From: Lama guanicoe
Taxonomy: Eukaryota
DNA length: 64,000 nucleotides
Direction: 5' to 3'
Assembly (NCBI GenBank): GCA_013239625.1
Contig: MU055600.1
Span: forward strand, 19,433,744-19,497,743
Shown here: one piece after another, positions 52,556-64,000 of the stretch
How positions within the stretch are numbered: position 1 is the first letter of the stretch
Layout: each line of letters opens with the position of its first letter
Translations under genes and position numbers: made by a program
Notes under the pieces: generated by a model
What the model was told of the DNA's origin: nothing
Databases searched by the model: none
Seen by the model: only the letters and a program-made list of their open reading frames with translations

Positions 52556-54306
52556 ATAGGTGGAACCTGTCAGAGGCAGACCATAGGGGTCCCCACGCCC
52601 ACCTGGTGATCATAAACAAAGCCCGAGGCCCTGCACGGCCCGCACGCCTCTTCGAGGCTCGCACGCCTCCTGAGGCCAAGTGTTGTCTGTCTTACGTAAG
52701 ACGCTCCACCCGTCTTACCTAAATCTCCCTTTGTCTGGTCACCCCAGTCTGGATGTGCTTCTTGTTGGGGAAGCTCTTAATGCCGTTTTTATTTGGTACC
52801 TTTCACAGGCCATTCTTTATGGCCACTTACTTTGATAGCCATTAAAGTGATTTTACAGTGTTTTGTTCCCTTTGAAGCTGCCCATGGGAACAGGCAGCAC
52901 GGGCACCACCCAGCTGAGTTTCTGACAGAGACGCAAGCTGCTGAAATTTCAGTTACAGTCATCTTGACAGCTGAGCTCAGGAGTGAGATTCTGGTCTTTC
53001 TGAAAGAACCTTGATAGGACTAACATGATGACAAGTCTGCTGCTTAGCAGTCTTTATGATCGTGGCATTTAAACTGCTAATTTGATTTCTGTTCTTTCTC
53101 TTCTGCCTTGATCCTGCCTTTTGTTTCATAATGTAAACATTTTTTCTACAGAAATTTTATCTAGCTTTTACAGCATCCAAAGTATTTCTTAACATTGTAA
53201 AACCTAAAATGTGTTACTTATCTTCCATTAGGGTGAACTTCATTTCATACCTTTTCAAATTCCCTTAAACTATAAGACAGATTGATTAATAAACAGCAGT
53301 TAGTAATAATTATATGAAAACTCTAAAATCCACTTCATAGTATCTTAATGTTTTCTCCAAGATTTTTAGTACATTCTTCCAGCCATCATAGTTAAATTAA
53401 GTTTAACATGCTATAAGGCCAAATTTCAGCCTGTATATCACAGAAAGTTTAAAATTTATCTACAGAAAGCCATTAGTGTCCCACCTGAAAGTGATGTCTA
53501 GCGTCTAGAATTGGCTTACTTAGCTGTGCCTCTGGTGGGGCTGAGGGCCGGGAGGGGAGGCAGCAGCCTTCCTCCCAGGCAAGGCTGTTGACGAGGTCTC
53601 TGAACTCTCATGACAGCATCAGCCTGATTTCCTGCTTGTCAGGTTTCCCGAGCACGTGAATGCACCCTTAGCAACGTGGAACACTGGCCTGGAGTTACCT
53701 GTTCTCCCCCTCTAGGACCTCAGCTGAGAGATGCGGTGTTTAGGAGAAAACTTTGTCCTCTGTTAGAGCCCATTACTGTTAGAATTTACTCCCAAGAGAG
53801 CTTTTACATCTCCTGATGCATCAGTGTGTTTCTTCCTTTCTCAAAATTTAGCAGCAGACATTTACTGAGCACTTACTGTAAGACTGTCCCCGCCCCGAAG
53901 GAGCTAAACATGTCCTCAGATGACACCAGCACAAGTGGACAGGGGCCGCAGGAGAGCTTCTTCTGGGTAGAGGTGTGGCGAGTAGCAAGGGATCTAATCC
54001 TGTCGGGGGTGGGGGGTGCGTGGAGGCGGAGGTGGCCATGGGACAAGGGCAACAGGAGGCGCTGCAGAAGAGGTGACTCTGCAGCTGATTCTTGAGACGC
54101 CATCAAGGACTTAACCGATGCATGAGGAGCAGGAGGTATGCTCATCAAAGGAAGCAGCATGGAGACCGAGGAAGGCAGACCGAGAGCTGCGGGCGTGGTG
54201 TGGAGGCAGGGCAGGAGATGGAGGTGGACAGGAAAGCCGGGGAGAGAAAGAGGGCCTGTATGCCTCACTTAAGAGTTGAATTTTAACACTAATTTGAAAA
54301 GATAGA

Positions 54307-54576
54307 NNNNNNNNNNNNNNNNNNNNNNNNNNNNNNNNNNNNNNNNNNNNNNNNNNNNNNNNNNNNNNNNNNNNNNNNNNNNNNNNNNNNNNNNNNNNNN
54401 NNNNNNNNNNNNNNNNNNNNNNNNNNNNNNNNNNNNNNNNNNNNNNNNNNNNNNNNNNNNNNNNNNNNNNNNNNNNNNNNNNNNNNNNNNNNNNNNNNNN
54501 NNNNNNNNNNNNNNNNNNNNNNNNNNNNNNNNNNNNNNNNNNNNNNNNNNNNNNNNNNNNNNNNNNNNNNNNNNNN
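54307..54576. other. Assembly gap
   Basis: Run of N. Confidence 1.
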
Positions 54577-54930
54577 TGACTGAAATAAGTCAGACAGGAA
54601 ATATATGATATAAATACTGTATGAAATCACTTATATGTGGAATCTAAAAAGTAAAACAAACTAGTGAATATAACAAAAAAAAAGAAGCAGACTCACAGAT
54701 AAAAAAACAAACTAGTGGTTACTGGGGAGGAGGGGCAGGGGAGGGACAAGATAGGGGTAGGGGACAGAGGTACAAACTATCGAGTATAAAATAAGCTCCA
54801 AGGATGTATGTACAACGTGGGGAATACAGGGAATAATTTATAATGACTATAAATGGGTATAACCTTTATTATATTGTATACCTGTAATATATATAATATA
54901 CACCAACTGTACTTCAATTTAAAAGTGAAA
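54577..54930 (+). mobile_element. L1 3' end (5' part lost in gap)
   Basis: TCACTTATATGTGGAATCTAAAAA...GCAGACTCACAGAT...CAACTGTACTTCAATTTAAAA. Confidence 0.8.
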
Positions 54931-55335
54931 TAAATGAGTTGGACTTTAGTTCACTGTAGTATCAAATGATTTTTCAGGAGGAGAGTAACATGATCATATA
55001 CTCACTTTAGAAGGAAGACAGTGCAGAAGATAAGGTCTATTCATACTTGTTATATTTCCTTTTGTTTCCTTTATCTGTTCGGCTGCTTGGAAGCTCAAGG
55101 CCAAATTTGATCTACTATTAAGGCAATTATACCAATTTTCAAGGGTAGCTTTTTTTTTTTTTTAAACCTTCTAATTCATTGTCTGTCAACCTATGGGGTT
55201 AACATTTTTATTAATCTTATCTGTGTGTTCTTGTTGTAATGTTACCTCAAACCTTTTTTGGAAGAAAATGGACTGTAAATTAATTGAATAAAGCTTGAGT
55301 AACAGTTATGTTAAAATGCCGTCTAATAACGTTGA

Positions 55336-55542
<207 letters not shown>

Positions 55543-56979
55543 TAGGAATGTAGCAGTGGAAGGAGAGGAGCAGCAGCGAAGGCTTCTTTGTGCTTACTGT
55601 GTGCCTGGTGTTGTCTTCAGTGCTTTCCGGAGAGTGTCTCATTTAATCCTTGGGACAGCCTGCAAGGCTCTCTGGTGCTGCTGTGGTACTGTTACTGTCT
55701 TGCTTTCCACAGGAAGCTCGAGGCATGGAGAGGTTCACAGCTAGTAAGAAACAGAACAGTTCTAACCCAGGACCCCAAATTCCACGTTCTTAAGTACCTT
55801 TTGCTACAAGTGGGCAAGGTCTGAGGAGGAAGGCCAGCCAGGAGGTGACTACTGTTGTCCTGCTGTGAAATGAGTGAGGTTTGGATGAGAGACGTCAGAA
55901 GAGGAGAAAGACTTCTGTCTAAAGCCTACTAACATGGAATCACGTGGTGCTAGACAGTCCATGGGGGCAAAGAAGGTAGGTTTAGCAAAGACGATTCTGG
56001 AGTAAGTGAACTGGAGAAGTGCAGGAGAGATGGGGCTACTGACAGGAGAGAAGGGGAACCATAGGTAGTCCTCTGGTTTCGGGCAACCAGCCTGCAGATA
56101 GAAATATGGGTCAGGGGTACAGAATAAGAGCCCACAGATTGATCCAGAAATTCAGTTAAAAATGATCTGCAGTTTGAGGGAACAAATTCATAGGGAGCCG
56201 CACTGTTCACCAAGGGATGGATGTGCTTAGATGTGGAGAGCATATTAAAGTTTGAACATTCACACTTTAGTAAGAATTAGCGTTTTCATAAAATAACAAG
56301 GTGGGAAACACTTTTTTATAGTCCTTACAGGTAGTGATTAACTTCCAGACAGAGAAGATGAGAAATTCCAGGGCTGACCTTTGGAAATATTACCGGCAAA
56401 TGGACAGAAGAGAAGGAAGGATCAGTCGTTAGCTCATTAGAGAGAAGCCAGGCCCTTCCCATCAGGAGCCTGGGCATTTGTCTGGGTCCCTAAGAAAATC
56501 CACCCTCTTGACCCCGAGAAGTAATTCTGGCCCTGGAAGTCCTGGGTTAGATGGACCTTTCAATCTGACCTCCTCTGGAACCAGCATTTGCTGTTGTCTC
56601 TGGAGAAGCTGACCCTGGGACTGGAAAGCATTCTGGTTTAAAAAGGAAAAAAAAAAAACCAAAACCTGGCCTTGGTAAGAGGTTAAGGAAAGAAAACAGG
56701 TATCTGTTACTCTGCTCTCACTATAATATGATGAACTAAGGATTATCACCCTTTTAAAGATAAGAAAGGTGGTTCAGAGAGGTTGAGTCATGTGCCCAAG
56801 GTCACCGAGCCGGTAAGTGATGGAGCCAGGATTCAAACACCAGGCTCTGCCATGACCTCACCACCTGAAACTGCTCTCAGAGGAATTTAGTTTAACTTAC
56901 TGAAATGCTTCTCAATATGGACCAGGTGATCATCAGAGAACCACCACAGATCAAGGCCTAGGGTTTTCCAAAGGCAATA

Positions 56980-57215
56980 ATAATAGTTAACGCTTAGGTC
57001 ATTCTTCCATGTCCAGAGCACTGCTTTACGTTATATGAACCCATTTAATCCTCGTGATGGCCTGGGAGGGGGTCTGTTACTATCCCCATTTTGCAGGTGG
57101 GAAAAATGAGGCATGAAGAAGTTAAAACTGTTCCGGTTCCCATACCTAGTGAGGAGCTGGGATCTGAACCCAAGTAGTCTTGCTCCAGAGTCCATGCTCG
57201 TCACAACCAGGCTAT
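56980..57215. mobile_element. MIR SINE
   Basis: CATTTAATCCTC...TATCCCCATTTTGCAGGTGGGAAAAATGAGGCA...GGGATCTGAACCCAAG MIR core; other MIR-like pieces near 7500, 32150, 51050, 55600 and 56750. Confidence 0.75.
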
Positions 57216-57354
57216 GCTGTGTCTTAGAAACAGACCCTGGTGTGTGTAGCAAACGTGGAGTAGTAGGGTGGTGAAACGGAAGCCAGAGCGCAGAAGAGAG
57301 CAGCCTTTACGGAATATATTTGGAATTTAGCCAAGAATTTGCAGTAGATGTTGG

Positions 57355-59520
57355 ATTTTGTCAAATGCTGCTTCTGCATCTGTTGAGATGACTGTATGTG
57401 GTTTTTGGTTTTTAGTTTGCTGTATGGTAATTACATTGATTTTTCAAATGTTAAACCAGCCTTGTATCCCTGGGATAAACCTTACTTGCTTCTGGTGTGT
57501 TACCCTTTTTATGTATCATTGGATTCAGTTTAATAAAATTTTGTTTGCATTTTTTACATCAGTTTCTATGAGGGCTGGATTTTTCTTTCTTTGTCTGTCT
57601 GGTTTGGGATCCAGGTAATACTGATCTTGCAGAATGAGTTGGGAACCATTCCTTTTTTTTTTTAAGAGTTTGTGTGGAATTGGTATCATCCCTTCCTCAC
57701 ATGTTTGCGAAGTTCGCCAGTGACGTCCTCTAGGCCTGAAGTTTCTGCTGTGGAAAGATTTTTAACAACTTTGACTTAATAGATATAGAGAAATTCAGAC
57801 TTTCTGTTTCTTGAGTGAGCTTTGGTAGTTTTACCTGTCAAGGAGGTTGTCCATTTCTTCTGAGTTGTTGAATTTCTTGGCATAAAATTAATCATACTGT
57901 TCCCTTATCCCTTTCAGATCTATAGAATCTAGTGGTGTTCTCGTGCTCTTTCCTGAAACTGGTAATGTCTTTTTTTTCCTTGATCAGTTTGGCTATAGGT
58001 TTATCAGTTTTATTAATCGCTTCCATAATAATGAGTTTTCAGTTCCACTGATTTTTTTTTTTGAAACTTGTTCACGGAGGTGCTGGGGATTGACCGCAGG
58101 CTCTCGTGCAGGCTGAGCGCGCCTCTCTCACTGAGCTCTGCTCCCTACCCCTGGCTTCACTGATTTTTTTTCCCTATATTTCTTTTTTATTTCATCGGCT
58201 TCTGTTTGCTTTGAATTTAACTTTCTCTCCTTTTTCTAGTTTCTTAAGGTAGTAACTGAGGTCAGTGATTTTTGGCCCTGCCTTGTTTTCTGGCATAAAG
58301 TGTTCAGTGCTGTGAATTTCCCCATAAGTCGCTTGTCCCACAGGTTTTGATACATTTTTATCAAATGTTGTGTTTTTATTTTCATTCTGTTCAAATCAAA
58401 TGGTTTTAAATTTCCCTCTGATTTCTTGAGATGAGCCACTTAATTAAGCCCATCTATGGACTACTCAGAAATGTGCTGTTCAGCTTTTCAATATTGAGGG
58501 GTTTCCAGTCACCTTTCTATGACTGATTTCTACTTCAATTCCATTTGGTCAGAGACCACACTTCTCTCACTCCTGTTACATTTGTTCAGACTTTTTTATG
58601 GCCTCAAATATAGTCTGTCTGGTGCAGTTCCATATACACCTGAGAAGTATGTTACGTTTTGACATTTGGGGTGGAGTATTCTGTGAGTGTCAGGCCAGGC
58701 TGGTTGATAATGTTCAAGTCTTCTGTATTCTTACTGCTTTTCTGTCTACTGACCAATTGCTGAAGAGGGGTCTCGCTGTAATTACGGTCTTGTCTCTTTG
58801 CCTTGCAGGCCTGTAACTTTTTCTTCATGTATTTTTAAGCTCTGTTATTAGATGCATAACTGTTAAGGGTTGTTACGTCCCCTCCCCGAATTGACCCTTT
58901 TATCATTACTGGAGATAAAATAATTTCATAAAATTCCTTGTTATGCAATCTCTTGATTAAAATTCGCCATTCCAACTTCCTTTTGATTGGTGTTATCATG
59001 GTGCATCTTTTTCCGTCCTTCTGCTTTTAACCCACTTGTGTCTTTATATTTAAAATGTGTTTCTTGTGGGCAGCATGTAGTGGGTGCTTGCTTTTTAATA
59101 CACTTTGACATTCACTGACTTGTAATTGGGCTGTTATGTTATTTACATCTAATGTGATTGTTGCTCTATCAGGTTAGGGTTAGATCTGGCATCTTGCCAC
59201 TTCTTTCCTTTAGCAGCTGCTTTAGGCTTTGTAATGTTCATTTTTGGCTTATCACAGTCTGCTTTTCACCACCAGCTGGATGGAAGACCCTCACAGTAGT
59301 TTACCTCCGTCTCTCCCCTCCGCTTTTCGTACTGTTCTGCCGTGTACTTTGCTTCTGGATGGGCTGTACATTTCATACTGTGCTGTTGATACTTTTCTTC
59401 AAACAGTTAATTCTCTTTTAAAGACATTTAAATAATAAGAAAAAGCTGAAGGATTTCCTTTAACGTTTCTTGTAGCGCAGGTCTGCTGGTGGTGAATTCT
59501 TTCAGATTTTGTATATTTGG
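57355..59520 (-). mobile_element. Old L1 ORF2-region fragment in ADPGK intron 3
   Basis: TTTTGTCAAATGCTGCTTCTGCATCTGTTGAGATGA...CCTTGTATCCCTGGGATAAACC; long reverse L1 homology with many stops. Confidence 0.8.
58052..58151 (-). mobile_element. Camelid tRNA-derived SINE inside L1
   Basis: GGAGGTGCTGGGGATTGACCGCAGGCTCTCGTGCAGGCTGAGC; TSD CACTGATTTTTTT on both sides. Confidence 0.85.
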
Positions 59521-60401
59521 AAACCCTTTTAGCGTAATTTGCTAAGGCATTGGTAGGGCTTGCTCAGTTTTTCTTCTGTTTCTTAGGGATCACTGTCCTT
59601 TGTTGCCCAGGTCTAAATGTTTTGAAAACCATTGTTTCATAAATTTCATCTGTTTTGTTGTTGTTGTTTCAGGCAGGAGGGTAAATCTGGCCCTTGTTAC
59701 CTCATCTCAGAAGCTGAAATTCTAGCCAAGAATTAGAGAAAAGAAACACAATTGTAGGGGTGAGACTTTTCCAAGCGGCAGACAGTGGGCACATGTCAGG
59801 ACAGACGGGGAGCAGGGCAAGGGGCGGGAGGGTGTTTTCACCCAGAAACTGGAATTTCTTAGATATGTGAAAATGCCTCTGTACAAATGAGCAGTTAATC
59901 AGCAAGTAAAAATGTCCTTCAAAGCTTCTGGGGGCATATTAAATCTGAAGTGGTGTTGCTCACCTCTGGGGACTTTCTTGGAATCCTGGTCCAAGCCCTC
60001 ATGGTTCAGTGGTCTTGAGTCTGTTAGCCTGGTCGTGAGCGGGGCCCAGAGCTGGCTGGGCAGAAGCAGCAGCAGGTGTGAAATGGCTTCTGGAAGCAGC
60101 AGCCAGGGAGAGGCCTGGGGTGGAGCTGAAGAAAGGGTTTTGGAAAAGCTGCAGAGCACCTCCCCCCAGACTTCTGAATCGAAGTGCTCTTTAATTCTTG
60201 TATTTGGAAGACTGTTGTTCACGTAACAACCAAGTACCATCGGAAGCCTGGTCCCACAAGTCAGGTCACTTGGTTACTGTGGTCCTGAGGCTCGTTTCTG
60301 TAAAATTCAAACAGTTGTTTACATCTGGTGACTTCGAACAGACGGCATCCTGTGTCTGTCTGCAGGATGTGCGTGAGTAAGGAGAGAAAGTGGGCGAGGT
60401 G

Positions 60402-60775
60402 TGTCTCGGTCCGCTTGGGCTCCCGTGGTGACACAGTGCCATGGGCTGGGTGGCTTAAACAACATACGTTTATTTTCTTACAGTTCTGGAGGCTGGAAGG
60501 CCCAGGGCCACAGTTCCAGCAGGGTTTGGTTTCTTAAGAGCTCTCTTCTGCCTTGGAGACGGCCACCTCCCGGTGTGTCCTCACGTGGCCTTTCTTTAAT
60601 GGCTGTAGTGAGAAAGAGAGCTCTCTCCCCCTGTTCCCATAAGGCCCCCAGTCCTGTGAGTGAGGACCCCACCCACATGACCTCATTTACCTCCTGTGCA
60701 CTCTACCCAGCTATCATCGCGTTGGCAGTTAGGCTTCGACACTGGAACTTGAGGGGACATGCTCAGTCCCTCACA
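60402..60775 (-). mobile_element. MaLR solo LTR (MLT1A/B-like) in intron 3
   Basis: GGGTGGCTTAAACAACATACGTTTATTTTCTTACAGTTCTGGAGGCTGGAAG...GGGGACATGCTCAGTCCCTCACA. Confidence 0.8.
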
Positions 60776-60960
60776 GGGTGCGTGGGCGTCAGCAGCCACG
60801 TGGGTACCTGTCTGACACCTGTGACGTGGTCTTGTGTCGCCTCTCATTTCTGGGTACGTTGTATCCATACCCTCCAGAGGCCTACGCCCCAGCTACGTTC
60901 CTCCAAACCAAAAGCTTTCAAAATTGGATTTGGATTCCAGTGTTTTGTTGAAATAAATAG

Positions 60961-61173
<213 letters not shown>

Positions 61174-64000
61174 TGAGTGAGTAATGGTGTGAGACCGGGC
61201 AGGGGCTTTGGGGTGTGACTGTGCTAGAAACCTCTCTCTGTAAGTTGGCAGGAGCCTTTTCTAGCCTTGTGAAAGGTTTCCTGACCCCTTGGTTCTGCTG
61301 GGCTGATGCTGGCCGTTGTCTTGGGGGAGCGCGGTGGAGGTCACTGCACTGAAGGAGAGTCCCAGGTCCACAGACGTGATGGGCCTGAATGCAAGGGAAA
61401 TTGGGCCGCAGGAAAGCAGGCGTCGCGAATACAGGCAGAAACGTGTTAAACACACATGTATGAAGCTCTTCTTGATTGTTAAGGAAAGAGAAGGGCAGTT
61501 AACACCTGCCGAGCTCTGTGCTGTGCTCTGGCCCAGGCCTCTCTGGCTAACCATTCCAAGCTGCTTAGGGCTGATGCCAGGCCTCTGGCAAGCTTCCTTT
61601 GAAGCGTTTTGTTTCCCCTTGGGTGTGTGAGTGGAAGTGTTTTGTGTTCAACAGCATTGGTGTTATTTCCCGTTATGTAATGTCCCGATGCTTACAACTC
61701 CAGGCCCGCCCCATCCCACCCCCAGGAGACTGTGTGTTGTACAGACTACAGATCTGACCTCTGAGAGTCCCAAGTGCCCGCACATATTCTAATTCTGTTT
61801 ATCAGGTTCTGTGTGTTTGCTGTTGTGTCTGTCCCCTGCTCAGAACTCAGACTCTTGAATTTCTGATTCAACGTATTTATTCAAGTTAAAGACTCAGACA
61901 TCTAAACAGACTAATTGGTACCTAAAAGCAGTACTTAGTTAATATGCGTCTGTGAACTGCTTCCAAGTCAGCCGATTAAGTGCCTCACCTACTAGAGTAG
62001 TTAACTCTCATGTTAGATAGGAAATAATGGTGCATCTTAAAAATCATGCCTTCCTCCAAGCACAAAAAAGCAGTTGTTTCTTGTTTCTGGTTCTCTTTTG
62101 GGTGCCTACTGGAATGAGGAAGTTAGGAGGGCAGGGTCTGAAAATTAGAGACAGAACGTCAGAGTGGGCAGTTCCCATTTAGCGATCCTCAGTTTTACTG
62201 TCCCCAGGCCGGAAATCAGAATGCTGGTTCTTGCTGCCTGCAGGTGGTGGTGAGGACTGAGAGGTCAGTGTGTTTAACACAGTGAGCTGCTTAAATGAAA
62301 GGCATGAACAAGACTGCTGGCTGGAAGGGCCTGGAGTGGCCGAAGGTGTGTGCGCCTTAGCAGGGCTGCTGCCCCGGTTCCAGCTTCCTCTCCTTCGGCG
62401 CTGTTGGCGCTCGCACCTGGTCCCTGGTGACGACAGAGTCGAGACACTCGTGTCTTCACCAGGACTCCGCTGTTCGTGTTTGACAGCGGTGCCTTGTGTG
62501 TGGTTACGACCCAGGTTACCTTGAAAGGGGCCTGTCTCGTCTTGGGTTTACGAGCTCCCACTTCAGTCTTCCTTTTCTCCGCCTCATTTTCTCAGCACAA
62601 AGCCATGGCCTGCCTCCAGACTTGATGTGCGTCTTCCTCGGCCCCAGAGGGAACCTGGTCTGGTGGCAGCAGCCCTCGGGTCAGCTCTCTTAACGGAAAC
62701 CCGTCCCCAGCGTCTCTCTGGCCTAGATGAGTCCACCCCCCAGGGGGCTCGGCAGCGCTTTCCTCCCTCCGGCCAGAGCTCCCGGAGAAGCTGGTTTTCC
62801 GGCTTCGGACTGGGGTCCTTGAGTCACTGCACAGGCGTTGCTGCCTTACTGACTGAAGGGCAGGGGCATGAACTGAGAGGTGGGATCACTTAAGGAAACA
62901 GCTTCAGAGCTTTGCGAGAACAGAGCGGGGCTGAGTGTGGCCCCGGGCTCACCCCGTCCGCGTCTCTGTCGTTCCGCTTCTCGGGCCGCGCCGTCAGTCC
63001 TGCGTCCCGCGGGAGCCGCCGGCGCCCGCTCTCCACGGCCCTCCTTGTCTCGCCTTGCGGAAGCCTGTCCATTTTTGCCTCCCTCACTTGCCCCCTGAGG
63101 AGGCGCTGTGGCTCTTCTCTCGTGGGCCGCGCGAGGCAGGGCTGCTCAGCGGCTTCTCTCCGAGTGCCCGCCCCAGGCCTTGCCCCGTGGAGAGTACTTG
63201 TGCTGCGTGTTTCTCCCATTGTACGGGGTCTTGTCAGTTGGGGAAACGTTGGCTTAGAACTCACACCCACGCTTTTTGTGCAGTGGGCATTTGAGTCATC
63301 AGTCTGTTCGCTTACTCACTCGTTCTTTTGCTGACTCGGTCATGTGGCTGTGTGCCAGGCGCAGTGTGAGGCAGTAGAAGTAAGATGATGATGGAAGACA
63401 CGGGCCTATCCTCGGCCCACAGTTCACTGCAGGAGGTGGACTCTTGAACAAGTGATGGCACAGTCGTGTGCCACGTCCTGCATAGCGTCCAGCAGTGGCC
63501 CGCGAAAGGGCGCACTGTAGTCAAGTCTGCTTGGGGGGAGCAGAGTTCAGAAAGGCTTCCCAGGAGAGGCCATCCTTGCTGGGATCAGATTAGCGGGCGC
63601 CAGGTGGTTCTGTGCAGGGGACCTTGCCTGTGCTGTGGGGGTCAAGGTAGGTTTGAATACTCATTCAAAATAGTAGAAGAAGAGCACTCAGAGCAAAATG
63701 ACTAATCATCAAGTCATGTGAAGGAGACTCTCTGGATCCTCACAGCAGTGAAAGGGCCCTCAGGCCGGAGCAGGCGGCAGCCACGTAGGGAGGGAGGAAC
63801 ACGTGAGCTTAGTCCTGGGCGGCCGGTACTCCAGAGCAGCTCACTGAGAAGAGGCCGGAGCAGGTGCCCAGACAGCCCGTGGGCGGCAGGGAGGGAGGGC
63901 GCCGTCAGCCTGACTCTTGGAATCTCAGCCTCCTTAGGCTCCAGTCACATGACAGGTGCTCAGGGCCCCGCTGCGAGGCAGGACACACCAGGGGAAAGCC

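Noticed and set aside
63424-63440. TCACTGCAGGAGGTGGA resembling exon 4 (TCACTGCAGGAAGTGGA)
   Set aside because: Only 16/17 nt with no flanking similarity; not evidence for a duplicated exon.

Overview
Mammalian genomic DNA, very probably a camelid (camel/alpaca), judged from seven copies of the tRNA-Ala-derived camelid-type SINE. It has three assembly gaps. The only protein-coding gene I can support is the 5' half of ADPGK (ER ADP-dependent glucokinase) on the + strand: a CpG-island promoter near 44.1-45.3 kb and coding exons 1-4 (44754-44986, 51489-51714, 55348-55410, 61042-61162; 643 nt in one frame). The remaining exons are beyond the window end. The first ~44 kb is intergenic and rich in L1, L2, MIR, MaLR/ERVL LTRs and hAT fossils. 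It holds a second 'orphan' CpG island (~35.4-36.3 kb), several CTCF-like motifs and two repeat-poor candidate enhancers. I see no novel protein-coding or mobile system. The best leads are regulatory: the orphan CpG island, a UPRE/XBP1-type motif triplet and CpG palindrome in the ADPGK promoter, and a competing exon-2 donor predicting an NMD isoform. There are also several clear nested or re-targeted transposon insertions. Repeat family names come from my recall of consensus sequences, not a database search, and repeat boundaries are approximate.
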